DNA of 64,000 nucleotides, from the NCBI GenBank assembly GCA_021847345.1, contig JAJZTW010000003.1:38528-102527 (forward strand). Reading direction: 5' to 3'. Below, one piece after another: positions 49,345 to 59,579 of the stretch. Both the position numbers and the translations under genes were made by a program. Positions within the stretch are counted from its first letter, which is position 1. Each line of letters starts with the position of its first letter. Under the pieces are notes generated by a model. It made no database searches. It was not told the origin of the DNA and saw only the letters and a program-made list of their open reading frames with translations. This DNA comes from Pseudomonadota bacterium (GTDB lineage Bacteria; Pseudomonadota; Gammaproteobacteria; Burkholderiales; Burkholderiaceae_C).

Positions 49345-49371
49345 GGGCAGCAGCCGCTCGCGGCGCTGCCC
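49345..49371 (+). terminator. GC-rich hairpin after hpf (no U-tract)
   Basis: GGGCAGC(A)GCCG / CGGCGCTGCCC forms 11 bp with one bulge. Confidence 0.3.
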
Positions 49372-49668
49372 GGCCCCCTGACGTGACACCGATTCCTGCT
49401 TCGCGGCCCATGCGGGCCGCCCGCGTGGGAGCGCCGCGGACGACGCCACACGAACATGGCGCCGCCAGCCTGCGCCCAGGCTCCCAGCGGCCGGCAGGGT
49501 TTCCCGGGCGCCCTGCGCCGCCGACGCGGATACACTTACGCTGATTTTTCGTTTCCTGCGCGGGTCGTCTCAAGCGCCGCGCAAGCGCTGCCGCCTGGGG
49601 CCCACGACGCTCCCGGGGGCGTGCCCAGGCCCCGGAGGCCTTGCAACATCCGTTTGGGTTTCCATGCC

Positions 49669-50139
49669 ATGAATCCCCTGGCCCAGATCCTGCCGCTGGC
49701 CCACGTTCAGGTGAACGTCGAAGCCAGCAGCAAAAAGCGCGCGTTCGAGTCCGCCGGCCTGCTGTTCGAGAACCACCTCGGGCTGGCTCGCTCGGTGGTC
49801 ACCGACAATCTGTTCGCGCGCGAGCGCCTCGGCTCGACGGGCCTCGGCCAGGGCGTGGCCATACCCCACGGTCGCATCAAGGGCTTGAAGCAGCCCAGCG
49901 CCGCGCTGGTCCGCCTGGCCAGTCCGGTGCCCTTCGAGGCGCCCGACAACCAGCCCGTGCAATTGCTGGTGTTCCTGCTGGTGCCGGAGGCGGCCTCGGG
50001 CAAGCACCTGGAACTGCTGTCGGTGATCGCCGAAATGCTTTCCGACGACGCGTTCCGCCGCCGCCTGCTCGAAGCGCCGGACGCGCTCGCGCTGCATCGC
50101 CTGGTGCAGGACTGGACCACGCTGCAGCACGCGGCCTGA
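49669..50139 (+). CDS. ptsN: PTS IIA-like nitrogen regulatory protein PtsN
   Basis: 156 aa with the phosphorylation-site region GQGVAIPHGR. Confidence 0.9.
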   Translation: MNPLAQILPLAHVQVNVEASSKKRAFESAGLLFENHLGLARSVVTDNLFARERLGSTGLGQGVAIPHGRIKGLKQPSAALVRLASPVPFEAPDNQPVQLLVFLLVPEAASGKHLELLSVIAEMLSDDAFRRRLLEAPDALALHRLVQDWTTLQHAA

Positions 50140-50163
50140 CGGCGCGAACCGCGCCCGCGTTTC

Positions 50164-51120
50164 TTGAAAGCCGCAACCCTTTCCGCCGACCGCCTGTTCG
50201 AGGCCAACGCCGCGCTGCTGAAGTGGCGCTGGGTGGCCGGACAGCGCAATCCCGAGCGGCGCTTCGACGATGCCGCAGTGCAAGGCGCGACCTCAGGCGC
50301 CGACCTGGTCGGCTACCTGAACTACATCCATCCGTACCGGGTGCAGATCCTCGGCTGGCGCGAGGTGCATTACCTGATGCATGCCGACGAGGCCGACAGC
50401 GGGCGTCGCATACGCCGCGTCGTCGGCCTCGGGCCGCCGGCGCTGGTCATCGCCGACGGCCAGGAACCGCCGCCATGGCTGCTCAAGACCAGCGACGACG
50501 CGGGCATCCCGGTGTTCGTCACCGACGAGCCGGCGGCCTTCGTCATCGACGTGCTGCGCGCGTATCTGTCCAAGCTGTTCGCCAACCGCACCACGCTGCA
50601 CGGCGTGTTCATGGACATTCTCGGCCTGGGCGTGCTGATCACCGGCGAATCCGGGCTGGGCAAGAGCGAACTCGGGCTGGAGCTGATCTCGCGCGGACAT
50701 GGCCTGGTGGCCGACGACTGCGTCGAGTTGTCACGGGTCACGCAAAGCTCGATCGAGGGCCACTGCCCGCCTCTGCTGCAGAACCTGCTCGAGGTACGCG
50801 GGATCGGCATTCTCGACATCCGCACCATCTTCGGCGAAACGGCGGTGCGCAGAAAAATGCGCCTGCGCCTGATCGTGCACCTGGTGCGCCGCGACACCCA
50901 GGATCAGGACTTCGAGCGCCTGCCGACCGGCAACGTGCGCCAGGACGTGCTCGGCGTGGCGGTGCGCAAGGTGCTGATTCCGGTGGAAGCCGGGCGCAAC
51001 CTGGCGGTGCTGGTCGAGGCCGCGGTGCGCAACACCATCCTGCAACTGCGGGGAATCGACACCTTCAAGGAATTCCAGGACCGGCAGCGCCAGGCCATGC
51101 TCGAGGGCGGCGAGGACTGA
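50164..51120 (+). CDS. hprK: HPr kinase/phosphorylase
   Basis: 318 aa with the P-loop GESGLGKSE and the signature [15 protein letters not shown] start. Confidence 0.9.
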   Translation: MKAATLSADRLFEANAALLKWRWVAGQRNPERRFDDAAVQGATSGADLVGYLNYIHPYRVQILGWREVHYLMHADEADSGRRIRRVVGLGPPALVIADGQEPPPWLLKTSDDAGIPVFVTDEPAAFVIDVLRAYLSKLFANRTTLHGVFMDILGLGVLITGESGLGKSELGLELISRGHGLVADDCVELSRVTQSSIEGHCPPLLQNLLEVRGIGILDIRTIFGETAVRRKMRLRLIVHLVRRDTQDQDFERLPTGNVRQDVLGVAVRKVLIPVEAGRNLAVLVEAAVRNTILQLRGIDTFKEFQDRQRQAMLEGGED

Positions 51121-51155
51121 AGCGCAACGGCACGCCCGCGGGCAGCGAGAAGCCC

Positions 51156-51177
51156 GGGAGCCTAGGCCTAGGAGCCC
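51156..51177. repeat. palindrome containing CCTAGGCCTAGG at the hprK/fur convergent junction
   Basis: The perfect 12-bp palindrome spans 51161-51172 and overlaps the fur stop codon. Flanking GGGAG/AGCCC can extend the stem imperfectly. Confidence 0.5.
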
Positions 51178-51629
51178 TGCGTCTCGTCGCCGGAGGCCGG
51201 CCGAAAGGGGCAGGGATCGCGCCTGCAACTGGCGTACAGGGCCAGCGAGTGATCCTGCAGCGCGAAGCCTCGCTCCACCGCGATTCGCTGCTGCCGGCGC
51301 TCGATCTCGGCGTCGACGAATTCCTCGACCCGCCCGCAATCCACGCACAGCAGGTGATCGTGGTGCTTGCCCTCGTTGATCTCGAACATCGCCTTGCCCG
51401 ACTCGAAATGCGTGCGCGACAGAATGCCCGCCTGCTCGAACTGCGTGAGCACGCGGTACACCGTGGCCAGCCCGATATCGCGCGAGTTGTCGTTGAGCAG
51501 CTCGCGATAGACGTCCTCGGCGGTCATGTGGCGCATTGCCCCCTTCTGGAAGATCTCCAGGATCTTCAGGCGCGGCTGCGTGACCTTCAGTCCCGTGCTG
51601 CGCAGGCCTTGGGCGTTTGAGACCGTCAT
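51168..51629 (-). CDS. fur: ferric uptake regulator
   Basis: 153 aa with GLKVTQPRLKILE, ATVYRVL, HHDHLLCVDCG and the C-terminal Cys pair. Confidence 0.93.
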   Translation of the reverse strand: MTVSNAQGLRSTGLKVTQPRLKILEIFQKGAMRHMTAEDVYRELLNDNSRDIGLATVYRVLTQFEQAGILSRTHFESGKAMFEINEGKHHDHLLCVDCGRVEEFVDAEIERRQQRIAVERGFALQDHSLALYASCRRDPCPFRPASGDETQGS

Positions 51630-51639
51630 GGGAATAGGC

Positions 51640-51658
51640 GATGTTTAGAATCACCATG
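51640..51658. promoter_or_regulatory. weak candidate Fur box
   Basis: GATGTTTAGAATCACCATG matches the 19-bp consensus GATAATGATAATCATTATC at 12 of 19 positions. It lies in the fur-bamE divergent spacer. Confidence 0.25.
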
Positions 51659-51751
51659 ATAGACCACCCCGCAGCGGCGCCCAAGGCTGATCCCCATTCC
51701 CCGCAACGCCGCATTCGCATGCTCCAGGCGTGCCCCAACGCACCGATTCCG

Positions 51752-52447
51752 ATGCCACTGTCATCACTTTTGCTGGACAAACGCTCCGCGCGCTCGGCGC
51801 TGGGCTGCGCGCTGGGATTGCTCGCCGCGCTGAGCCTGGGAGCCTGCAGCACGCAGACCCAGCAGCATGACCTGACCAACCTGTTCAAGCCCTACCGCAT
51901 CGACGTCATCCAGGGCAACTTCGTCTCGCGGGAAATGGCCGCCGAGCTGCACCCGGGAATGACCAAGCAGCAGGTACGCAACATCCTGGGCACGCCGCTG
52001 CTGCAGGACGTGTTCCACGCCGATCGCTGGGAATACGTGTTCAGCCTGCGCCAGGGCTATCACGCGCCGATCGTGCGTCGCTTCACCGTGCTGTTCGACA
52101 AGCAGGGACGCCTGCTGCGCACCCAGGGCGACCCGCTTCCTTCGGAAGACCAGTTCGTGGCCCAGATCAACGCGCTGCACAACGGCGGCAAGGCGCCTTC
52201 GCTGACCACCGCGCAGTTGCAGGCCGAGATTTCGGCCGCGGCGAAAAAGACCGACGCGCACGCTCCCGAACAGGCGGCCTCCGAGCCGGGGCCGCTGACC
52301 GTGGTCGCGCCGCGCGCCGAGATCGAGCGCCTGCAGGGCCTGGCCAGCAAGGCCGACCAGCGCGCGCTGGGCGACGCGGCTTCGGCCCCTGCGACTCCCG
52401 AGATCCCCCTGCTCCCTGGCTCGGCCAGCGAACCCGCCGCGCAATGA
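51752..52447 (+). CDS. bamE: outer membrane protein assembly factor BamE (long C-terminal tail)
   Basis: It has a lipobox (LSLGAC) and the SmpA/OmlA core ([35 protein letters not shown]). It is divergent from fur. The start could be 51719. Confidence 0.85.
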   Translation: MPLSSLLLDKRSARSALGCALGLLAALSLGACSTQTQQHDLTNLFKPYRIDVIQGNFVSREMAAELHPGMTKQQVRNILGTPLLQDVFHADRWEYVFSLRQGYHAPIVRRFTVLFDKQGRLLRTQGDPLPSEDQFVAQINALHNGGKAPSLTTAQLQAEISAAAKKTDAHAPEQAASEPGPLTVVAPRAEIERLQGLASKADQRALGDAASAPATPEIPLLPGSASEPAAQ

Positions 52448-53265
52448 ACGACACCGACACCCTGCACCCGATCGCGGTGGCCGGCAGCAGCGGCCGCATG
52501 GGCCGCATGCTGATCGAGGCCATCGCCGCAGCGCCCGACTGCCGGCTCAGCGGCGCGCTGGACCGCCCCGACTCCCCCGCCCTGGGCCTGGACGCCGGGG
52601 CCGCGCTGGGGCTGCACACCGGCGTGCGCGTGGCCTCGGAGCTGCATGAGGGGCTGCGCGGCGCGCGCTGCCTGATCGACTTCACCCGGCCGCAGGCCAC
52701 GCTGCTTCATGTCGAGGCCTGTGAGTCCCTTGGCGTTGCCATGGTCATCGGCACCACCGGCTTCGACGCCGACGGGCTTCGGCGCATCGAGGCGGCGGCA
52801 CGGCGCATCCCGGTGGTGCTGGCCCCGAACATGAGCGTGGGCGTCAATGTCGTGCTCAAGCTGCTCGAGCAGGCCGGACGCGCGCTGCGCGAGGGATTCG
52901 ACATCGAGATCATCGAGGCCCACCACCGCCACAAGGTCGACGCGCCGTCGGGCACCGCGCTGAAGATGGGCGAGGTCGTGGCCAGGGCCGCCGGGCGCGA
53001 TCTGGCGCGCGATGCCGTGTGGTCGCGCCACGGACATACCGGCGAACGCGCCGACGGCTCGATCGGTTTCGCCGTCGTCCGCGGAGGCGACATCGTCGGC
53101 GACCACACCGTACTGTTCGCCGGCACCGGCGAGCGCATCGAGATCACGCACAAGTCCAGCAGCCGCGCCACCTATGCCGAAGGCAGCCTGCGCGCGGTGC
53201 GTTTCCTGGCCGGGCGCGCGCCCGGCCTGTACGACATGCAAGACGTGCTCGGCCTGAAGGACTAG
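52444..53265 (+). CDS. dapB: 4-hydroxy-tetrahydrodipicolinate reductase
   Basis: 273 aa with the Rossmann start [11 protein letters not shown], plus [15 protein letters not shown]. It overlaps bamE as ATGA. Confidence 0.94.
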   Translation: MNDTDTLHPIAVAGSSGRMGRMLIEAIAAAPDCRLSGALDRPDSPALGLDAGAALGLHTGVRVASELHEGLRGARCLIDFTRPQATLLHVEACESLGVAMVIGTTGFDADGLRRIEAAARRIPVVLAPNMSVGVNVVLKLLEQAGRALREGFDIEIIEAHHRHKVDAPSGTALKMGEVVARAAGRDLARDAVWSRHGHTGERADGSIGFAVVRGGDIVGDHTVLFAGTGERIEITHKSSSRATYAEGSLRAVRFLAGRAPGLYDMQDVLGLKD

Positions 53266-53292
53266 CGCCCAGGGCCCGAGCACCCAGCCGCG

Positions 53293-53955
53293 ATGCCCTC
53301 CGCCCCGACAGCCTGGTTGCATGGCGATGCGCCGATGCAGGCGGTCGGCGTGCTGCTGCTGGCCATGTCGGTCGCCAGCTGGTTCGTGATGTTCTGGAAG
53401 GCGGCGCTGCTGCTGCGCGCCGGACGCCGGCTGCCGCGAGCCATCGACGACTTCTGGGCGGCGGCGTCGCCGGCCGAAGGCGTGGCTGCCGCGCTCGCCG
53501 CCGACCCCGACGGTCTCGCCGCGGCGCTGGCCGAGACATGCGGCGAGCTCGGGCAGCGCCAATCGCACGCCTGGCAGGCCCATGCCGACCGCGTGCGACG
53601 CACCTTGCGCACGGCGCTCGACGGCGCCAGCCGACGCCTGCATGCCGGGCACGTGCTGCTGGCCAGCGTGGGCAGCACGGCGCCGTTCATCGGACTGTTC
53701 GGCACCGTCTGGGGCATCTACCACGCACTGGGCAGCATCGCCGCCAGCCGCCAGGTCGGCATCGACAGCATCGCCGGCCCGGTCGGCGAGACCCTGATCA
53801 TGACCGCCGCGGGACTGGCCGTGGCGATTCCGGCGGTACTGGGCTACAACGCGCTGGGCAAGCGCGCCCGCCACCTGGACGCCCTGCTCGAGGGTTTCGC
53901 GCTGGACCTGCAGCATCTGCTGGCCGCACCGCCTGCCGACGAAGGCCCGCCATGA
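53293..53955 (+). CDS. MotA/TolQ/ExbB-family proton channel protein (no ExbD/TolR partner nearby)
   Basis: Three TM helices with STAPFIGLFGTVWGI and GETLIMTAAGLAVAIPAV. The start could be 53335. Confidence 0.8.
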   Translation: MPSAPTAWLHGDAPMQAVGVLLLAMSVASWFVMFWKAALLLRAGRRLPRAIDDFWAAASPAEGVAAALAADPDGLAAALAETCGELGQRQSHAWQAHADRVRRTLRTALDGASRRLHAGHVLLASVGSTAPFIGLFGTVWGIYHALGSIAASRQVGIDSIAGPVGETLIMTAAGLAVAIPAVLGYNALGKRARHLDALLEGFALDLQHLLAAPPADEGPP

Positions 53956-54866
53956 CCCGCCGGCCGCAGCGCGTGCGCCTGATCGGCGCCCCCACCGACG
54001 TGGGCGCCGGAACGCGCGGCTCGTCGATGGGCCCGGAGGCGCTGCGCGTGGCCGGACTCGCCGACGCATTGCGAAGCCTCGGCGTGCAGGTCGGTGACGC
54101 CGGCAACCTGGCGGGCCCCGCGAACCCCGGGGCGCGGCAGCATGGCGCATGGCGCCATCTCGAGCAGGTGACAGCCTGGAGCCGCGCGGTACGCGACGCC
54201 ACCGCCGCGGCGTTGCGCGCCGGCGACCTGCCGCTGCTGCTGGGGGGCGATCACAGCCTGGCCTTCGGCTCCATCGCGGCGGTGGCGGCGCACTGCGCGG
54301 ACTCCGGGCGCGAACTGCGCGTGCTCTGGCTGGACGCGCACGCCGACTTCAACACCGAGCGAACGACTCCCAGCGGCAACCTGCACGGAATGCCCCTGGC
54401 CTGCCTGTGTGGCATGGGACCGGCCGAACTGCTGGCGCTGGGGCCGACGCAGCCGGTGCTGCGACCGGAACAGGTCCGCCTGCTCGGCGTGCGCAGCGTC
54501 GACGAAGCCGAACGCGAATTGCTGCAGCGCCACGCGCTGACCGTGTACGACATGCGCGCGTTGGACGAGCGCGGCATGCGTGACGTGATGCTCGCGGCGC
54601 TCGATGGCGTGGACGACGGCACCCACCTGCACCTGAGCTTCGACGTGGATTTCCTGGACCCCGACACCGCGCCAGGAGTCGGCACGCCGGTGCGCGGCGG
54701 ACCGACCTGGCGGGAAGCGCAGCTGTGCATGGAAATGCTGTCCGACCGCGACTGCGTGGGCTCGGTCGACGTGGTCGAGCTCAACCCGGCGCGGGACCAG
54801 CAGAATCGAAGCGCCGAAGCGGTGGTGGACCTGCTGCGCAGCCTGTTCGGCCGCTCCATCCTGTAG
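53952..54866 (+). CDS. arginase-family hydrolase
   Basis: 304 aa with the ureohydrolase metal motifs GGDHS, DAHADFN and SFDVDFLDP. Its ATG overlaps the upstream stop (ATGA). Confidence 0.88.
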   Translation: MTRRPQRVRLIGAPTDVGAGTRGSSMGPEALRVAGLADALRSLGVQVGDAGNLAGPANPGARQHGAWRHLEQVTAWSRAVRDATAAALRAGDLPLLLGGDHSLAFGSIAAVAAHCADSGRELRVLWLDAHADFNTERTTPSGNLHGMPLACLCGMGPAELLALGPTQPVLRPEQVRLLGVRSVDEAERELLQRHALTVYDMRALDERGMRDVMLAALDGVDDGTHLHLSFDVDFLDPDTAPGVGTPVRGGPTWREAQLCMEMLSDRDCVGSVDVVELNPARDQQNRSAEAVVDLLRSLFGRSIL

Positions 54867-54907
54867 GGCGTTTCAGGGCGCCGCAGGGCGCCTTCGCGCC
54901 AGGCCGC

Positions 54908-55840
54908 TCAGCGCGACACGCTGCGCAGCAACAGCAGCAGCGCGGCGGCGATCACCAGCACGCCTGCGATCTCGGCCGCGCCCGGACGCTCGCCCAGCCA
55001 GGCCCATGCCATCAGCACACCGGTGGTCGGGATGGCCAGGCTCGAAAGACCGGCGATGCCGGCCGGCAGGCGCTGCACGACAAAGGCCCACAGGGTCCAG
55101 GCCAGGCCGCCGGCGAGCAGCACGTTGAAGGCCAGCGCCGCGATCAGGCCGAGGTTCCAGTCCACCGGGCGCTGCGGCGCCAGCACCGCGAGCACCCCCA
55201 GCGCGACGCCTCCGAGCAGCATCTGCCACGCCGTCAGGCGCAGCGCCGACAGGTTCCTGCCGTGTCGCAGGAACAGGCGCTTGCTCAGCACCGTGCCGGC
55301 CGCCCAGCTCAGGCCCGAGCTCACCGCCAGCAGGCCGTTGCGCAAATCGGCGTGCAGGCCCCACGGGCGCAGGATCAGCAGCATGCCCACGACGGCCAGC
55401 AGCACGCTGATCCATTGCGCCACGCGCAGGCGTTCGTGCAGAAACAGCCAGGCCAGCAGCAGCCCCCAGAAAGGCATGGTGTACACCAGCAGCGCGGTCT
55501 GCCCCGCGCCGCCGCGAACCAGGGCCCATTGCGCCAGCGCCGTGAAACCGGTGGTCTGGGTCAGGCCGATGGCCAGCGTGGCACCCAGAGGCGGCGGACG
55601 CAGGCTTTCGCCTCGCACCAGCAGGAACAGGAACAGCACCGCGGTGGAGCCGACGTAGCGAAACGCCGAGAAATCGAAGGGGCCACAGGAACTCATGGCC
55701 AGCTTCATGACGATCCAGTTGGAACTCCAGATCAGGGTCAGTGCCAGCAGCGCGGCCACGGCAGCGCGCTGCGCGCGCGGCGCGGGCGGGGAGGGCGGCG
55801 GGGAGGTCGACGGGGAGGGCGGCACGGCGGAAGCGGACAT
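54908..55840 (-). CDS. EamA/DMT-family transporter
   Basis: 310 aa with ten hydrophobic helices in two EamA-like halves. Confidence 0.8.
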   Translation of the reverse strand: MSASAVPPSPSTSPPPSPPAPRAQRAAVAALLALTLIWSSNWIVMKLAMSSCGPFDFSAFRYVGSTAVLFLFLLVRGESLRPPPLGATLAIGLTQTTGFTALAQWALVRGGAGQTALLVYTMPFWGLLLAWLFLHERLRVAQWISVLLAVVGMLLILRPWGLHADLRNGLLAVSSGLSWAAGTVLSKRLFLRHGRNLSALRLTAWQMLLGGVALGVLAVLAPQRPVDWNLGLIAALAFNVLLAGGLAWTLWAFVVQRLPAGIAGLSSLAIPTTGVLMAWAWLGERPGAAEIAGVLVIAAALLLLLRSVSR

Positions 55841-55891
55841 TGCAGCATGCTATGCGTGTTGTGGCGTCGGCGCGTGATCGGACGCTGGAAC

Positions 55892-55956
55892 GCACCATGA
55901 TTGTGCGTGAACACCGTCTTTGCGCACCAGGTTGATGCGTTGCGCCATGATGGTGC
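55892..55956. promoter_or_regulatory. three NtrC-like enhancer sites
   Basis: The sites are GCACCATGATTGTGC (55892-55906), GCACCAGGTTGATGC (55923-55937) and GCGCCATGATGGTGC (55942-55956). Each has one mismatch to GCACCA-N3-TGGTGC. Confidence 0.55.
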
Positions 55957-56014
55957 GCACGAAACCCTGCGGCAAACGCCCCGACGCACGGAGAGCGCGC
56001 ATCGCGCACGATTT

Positions 56015-56030
56015 TGGAACGCTTTTTGCT
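56015..56030 (+). promoter_or_regulatory. sigma-54 (-24/-12) promoter upstream of amt
   Basis: TGGAAC-GCTTT-TTGCT has GG and GC exactly 12 nt apart. It lies 58 nt before the amt ATG. Confidence 0.6.
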
Positions 56031-56087
56031 TCATCGCGGGGCCCTTGTCCAATGCGGTGCATCGCAACCGCCCGGAGCCTCCCACCC

Positions 56088-57287
56088 ATGCAAGCCCTGC
56101 AAACCAGCACCAACGTGCTGTTTCTTCTTCTCGGCGCCATCCTGGTGCTTTTCATGCATGCCGGATTCGCCTTCCTGGAGCTCGGCACGGTACGCCGCAA
56201 GAACCAGGTCAACGCGCTGGTCAAGATCCTCACCGATTTCTCGGTGGCCACACTGGCGTACTACTTCATCGGCTATTCGATCGCCTACGGCGTCAGCTTC
56301 GTGGCGCCGGCGGCGCGGCTCAACCTCGACGACGGTCTGGAGCTCACGCGCTTCTTCTTCCTGCTGACCTTCGCCGCCGCCGTGCCGGCCATCATCTCCG
56401 GGGGTATCGCCGAGCGCGCGAAGTTCTACCCCCAGTTGCTGGCCACCGCCATCATCGTCGGCGTGGTGTATCCGCTGTTCGAAGGCGCGATGTGGGGCAA
56501 CCGCTTCGGCGTGCAGGCCTGGCTGCAGTCGGCCTTCGGCGCGCCGTTCCACGACTTCGCCGGCTCGATCGTCGTGCACGCGATGGGCGGCTGGCTGGCG
56601 CTGCCGGCCGTCGTGCTGCTCGGCGCGCGCAAGGGGCGCTACCGCGACGGCCGCGTCAACCCCCACCCGCCGTCGAGCATTCCGTTTCTGGCGCTGGGCT
56701 CGTGGATCCTGGTCGTGGGCTGGTTCGGCTTCAACGTCATGAGCGCGCAGAACGTGACCCACATTTCCGGGCTGGTCGCCGTGAACTCGCTGATGGCCAT
56801 GGTCGGCGGCACGCTGGCGGCGCTGCTCGCCGGGCGCAACGACCCGGGCTTCGTCTACAACGGCCCGCTGGCCGGACTGGTCGCCGTGTGCGCCGGCTCC
56901 GACGTCATGCACCCCATCGGCGCGCTGATCACCGGCGCGGTGGCCGGCTGGCTGTTCGTGCGCATGTTCACGCTGACGCAGAACCGCTTTCGCATCGACG
57001 ACGTGCTCGGCGTGTGGCCGCTGCACGGGCTGTGCGGAACCTGGGGTGGCATCGCCGCCGGCATTTTCGGGCAGACCGCGCTGGGCGGACTGGGCGGCAT
57101 CAGCCTGGGCGCGCAGCTGCTGGGCACGCTGGCCGCGGTGGCCTGGGCCCTGCTCGGCGGCGCCGTGGTCTACGGCATCCTCAAGGCCACCATGGGCCTG
57201 CGCCTGGACGCCGAGTCCGAGTTCGACGGCGCCGACCTGTCGATCCACAACATCACGTCGACGCCCGAACGCGAAGTGAGCTGGTGA
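56088..57287 (+). CDS. amt: ammonium transporter
   Basis: 399 aa with [20 protein letters not shown] and [12 protein letters not shown] motifs. An alternative start lies at 56052. Confidence 0.9.
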   Translation: MQALQTSTNVLFLLLGAILVLFMHAGFAFLELGTVRRKNQVNALVKILTDFSVATLAYYFIGYSIAYGVSFVAPAARLNLDDGLELTRFFFLLTFAAAVPAIISGGIAERAKFYPQLLATAIIVGVVYPLFEGAMWGNRFGVQAWLQSAFGAPFHDFAGSIVVHAMGGWLALPAVVLLGARKGRYRDGRVNPHPPSSIPFLALGSWILVVGWFGFNVMSAQNVTHISGLVAVNSLMAMVGGTLAALLAGRNDPGFVYNGPLAGLVAVCAGSDVMHPIGALITGAVAGWLFVRMFTLTQNRFRIDDVLGVWPLHGLCGTWGGIAAGIFGQTALGGLGGISLGAQLLGTLAAVAWALLGGAVVYGILKATMGLRLDAESEFDGADLSIHNITSTPEREVSW

Positions 57288-57378
57288 GTCGGCACGGGTT
57301 CCAGCACGCCCGTCGACGCGGCGCAAGGCGCGCGCCGCGCCAGTTTGCGACAATGCGCATTCACGCAGGAACCCGCCC

Positions 57379-58671
57379 ATGAGCAGCGCCGACACCAGCA
57401 TCCACGACTTGATGGCCGATCTCGGCCGGCGCGCGCGCGCCGCGTCGCGCCACATGGCGCGCGCCGGCACCGCCGAGAAGGACCGCGCGCTGCTCGCGCT
57501 GGGCGAGATCCTGCAGGCACAGGCCGAGGCGCTGCGCAGCGCCAACGCCCTCGACGTGGAGGCGGCGCGCCGGGCCGGCCTGGAAGCCGCCTTCGTCGAC
57601 CGCCTCGCGCTCAGCGACAAGGTGCTCGCGCAAATGGCCGAATCGTGTCGCCAGGTGGCCGCGCTGCCCGATCCGATCGGAGAGATGACCGATCTGCGGC
57701 GGCGCCCCAGCGGCATCACGGTCGGCCGCATGCGCGTGCCGCTGGGAGTGTTCGGCATGATCTTCGAGAGCCGGCCGAACGTGACCATCGAGGCGGCCAG
57801 CCTGGCCATCAAGTCGGGCAACGCGGTCATCCTGCGCGGTGGCTCGGAGGCCATCCACAGCAATCGGGCGCTGGCGCGCTGCGTGGCCGAAGCGCTCGAG
57901 CGCGCCGGCCTGCCCGCCGATGCCGTGCAACTGGTGCCGGTGACCGACCGCGCCGCGGTGGGCGAGCTCATCACCATGCCGCGCTACGTCGACGTCATCA
58001 TCCCGCGCGGTGGCAAGGGCCTGATCGAGCGCATCAGCGCCGAGGCGCGGGTGCCGGTGATCAAGCACCTCGACGGCAACTGCCATGTCTACGTCGACGA
58101 CACGGTCGACCTCGACATGGCCGTGACCGTCACCGACAACGCGAAGACCCAGCGCTACAGCCCGTGCAACGCCGCCGAGTCGCTGCTGGTGGCGCGCGCC
58201 AGCGCGGGCTCCTTCCTGCCGCGCATCGGCGCCGTGTTCGCCGCCAAGGGCGTGGAAATGCGCTGCTGCGCGCAAAGCCGCGAACTGCTCGAGGCGGTTC
58301 CCGGCGCCGCCGCGTTGCTGCGCGACGCCAGCGAGGACGACTGGAGCACCGAATACCTGGCGCCGATCATTTCCATCAAGGTGGTCGACGGACTCGACGC
58401 GGCGATCGAGCACATCAACCGCTATGGCTCGCAGCACACCGACACCATCCTGACCAGCAACCACCAGCACGCCATGCGCTTCCTGCGCGAGGTCGACTCC
58501 GCGGCGGTGATGGTCAACGCGTCGACGCGATTCAGCGACGGTTTCGAATTCGGCCTGGGCGCGGAGATCGGCATATCCACCGACAAGTTCCACGCCCGCG
58601 GGCCGGTCGGGCTGGAAGGCCTGACCAGCCAGAAGTGGATGGTGCTGGGCGACGGCCAGGTCCGCCGCTGA
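57379..58671 (+). CDS. proA: glutamate-5-semialdehyde dehydrogenase
   Basis: 430 aa with ILRGGSEA, the catalytic region [11 protein letters not shown] and HTDTILT. Confidence 0.94.
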   Translation: MSSADTSIHDLMADLGRRARAASRHMARAGTAEKDRALLALGEILQAQAEALRSANALDVEAARRAGLEAAFVDRLALSDKVLAQMAESCRQVAALPDPIGEMTDLRRRPSGITVGRMRVPLGVFGMIFESRPNVTIEAASLAIKSGNAVILRGGSEAIHSNRALARCVAEALERAGLPADAVQLVPVTDRAAVGELITMPRYVDVIIPRGGKGLIERISAEARVPVIKHLDGNCHVYVDDTVDLDMAVTVTDNAKTQRYSPCNAAESLLVARASAGSFLPRIGAVFAAKGVEMRCCAQSRELLEAVPGAAALLRDASEDDWSTEYLAPIISIKVVDGLDAAIEHINRYGSQHTDTILTSNHQHAMRFLREVDSAAVMVNASTRFSDGFEFGLGAEIGISTDKFHARGPVGLEGLTSQKWMVLGDGQVRR

Positions 58672-58708
58672 AGCCCGCGAAAGCGCCCGCCCTCCCCAGC
58701 CCGACGCG

Positions 58709-58999
58709 ATGCGCCACCCCGACCACCTCGAAGCCATTCTCACCCTGCCCACGCTGCTGCGCCTGAGCGCTGCACTGGGCGCAAGCATGGGCGCCATCAG
58801 CGGCCTGATCGCGCTGCCCGTGTCGTGGCACCAGCTCGGTGCCGGCCAGGCGCTGGGAGTGCTGCTGGGCGCGGTGCTGTTCAACGCGCTGGCGCTGAGT
58901 TTCGCCACGCTCGTCGGCTACTGGCCCTACCGCGCGCTGGCCAGGCGGCAGCGCTTCGGCCTGCACCGCCTCAGCGTCTACCAACTGCACCGGCATTGA
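58709..58999 (+). CDS. hypothetical small membrane protein (two helices)
   Basis: 96 aa with strongly GC-rich third positions and two hydrophobic segments. It has no obvious SD sequence and I recognise no family. Confidence 0.5.
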   Translation: MRHPDHLEAILTLPTLLRLSAALGASMGAISGLIALPVSWHQLGAGQALGVLLGAVLFNALALSFATLVGYWPYRALARRQRFGLHRLSVYQLHRH

Positions 59000-59054
59000 G
59001 CCAGCCCCGGCTGCCATGCATACGCGCCGCCCGGGCGCCGATCGAGGAGAACGC

Positions 59055-59522
59055 ATGAATCCACGTGACCGCATCCGCCTGCTGGGCGCCGGCCTGGCCG
59101 GGCTCGGCGCGGCACCGGCCGCGCTGGCGCAAAGCCAGGGGCCGGTTTCGGCCAAACCGATCTCCAGCCAGCCGTGGAAGGTGGTGATGCAGATCAGCGT
59201 GGACCTGGAACAGGCCTACGAAGGCCTGATCAACATCCAGAACGTGCTGCAACTCGACCCGCGCATGCAGTTCGTGGTCGTCGGCTACGGCAAGGCCATA
59301 CGCTTCCTGCTGAACGGCGCGCGCACACCGACCGGCGCGGCCTTTTCAGGCATGATCGGGGGCCTGGCCAACCAGGGCGTGCAGTTCAAGGCCTGCCAGA
59401 ACACGATGACCTTCCTGAAGATCCCTGCCAGCGAACTGGTGCTCGAGGCCACCACCGTTCCCGCAGGCGTGTATGAAATCATCCGACTGCAAGCCGAGGG
59501 CTGGCATTACATCAAGCCGTAA
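59055..59522 (+). CDS. DsrE/DsrF-like protein with signal peptide (paralog 1)
   Basis: GGAGA precedes the ATG. It has the signal peptide LLGAGLAGLGAAPAALAQS and a core resembling the DsrE fold, with a conserved Cys in KACQNTM. Confidence 0.6.
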   Translation: MNPRDRIRLLGAGLAGLGAAPAALAQSQGPVSAKPISSQPWKVVMQISVDLEQAYEGLINIQNVLQLDPRMQFVVVGYGKAIRFLLNGARTPTGAAFSGMIGGLANQGVQFKACQNTMTFLKIPASELVLEATTVPAGVYEIIRLQAEGWHYIKP

Positions 59523-59579
59523 CATGAGGTTACCGTCGCATCTGCGGCGGCATGCGAATCCAACCGTCTGGAGCACGCC

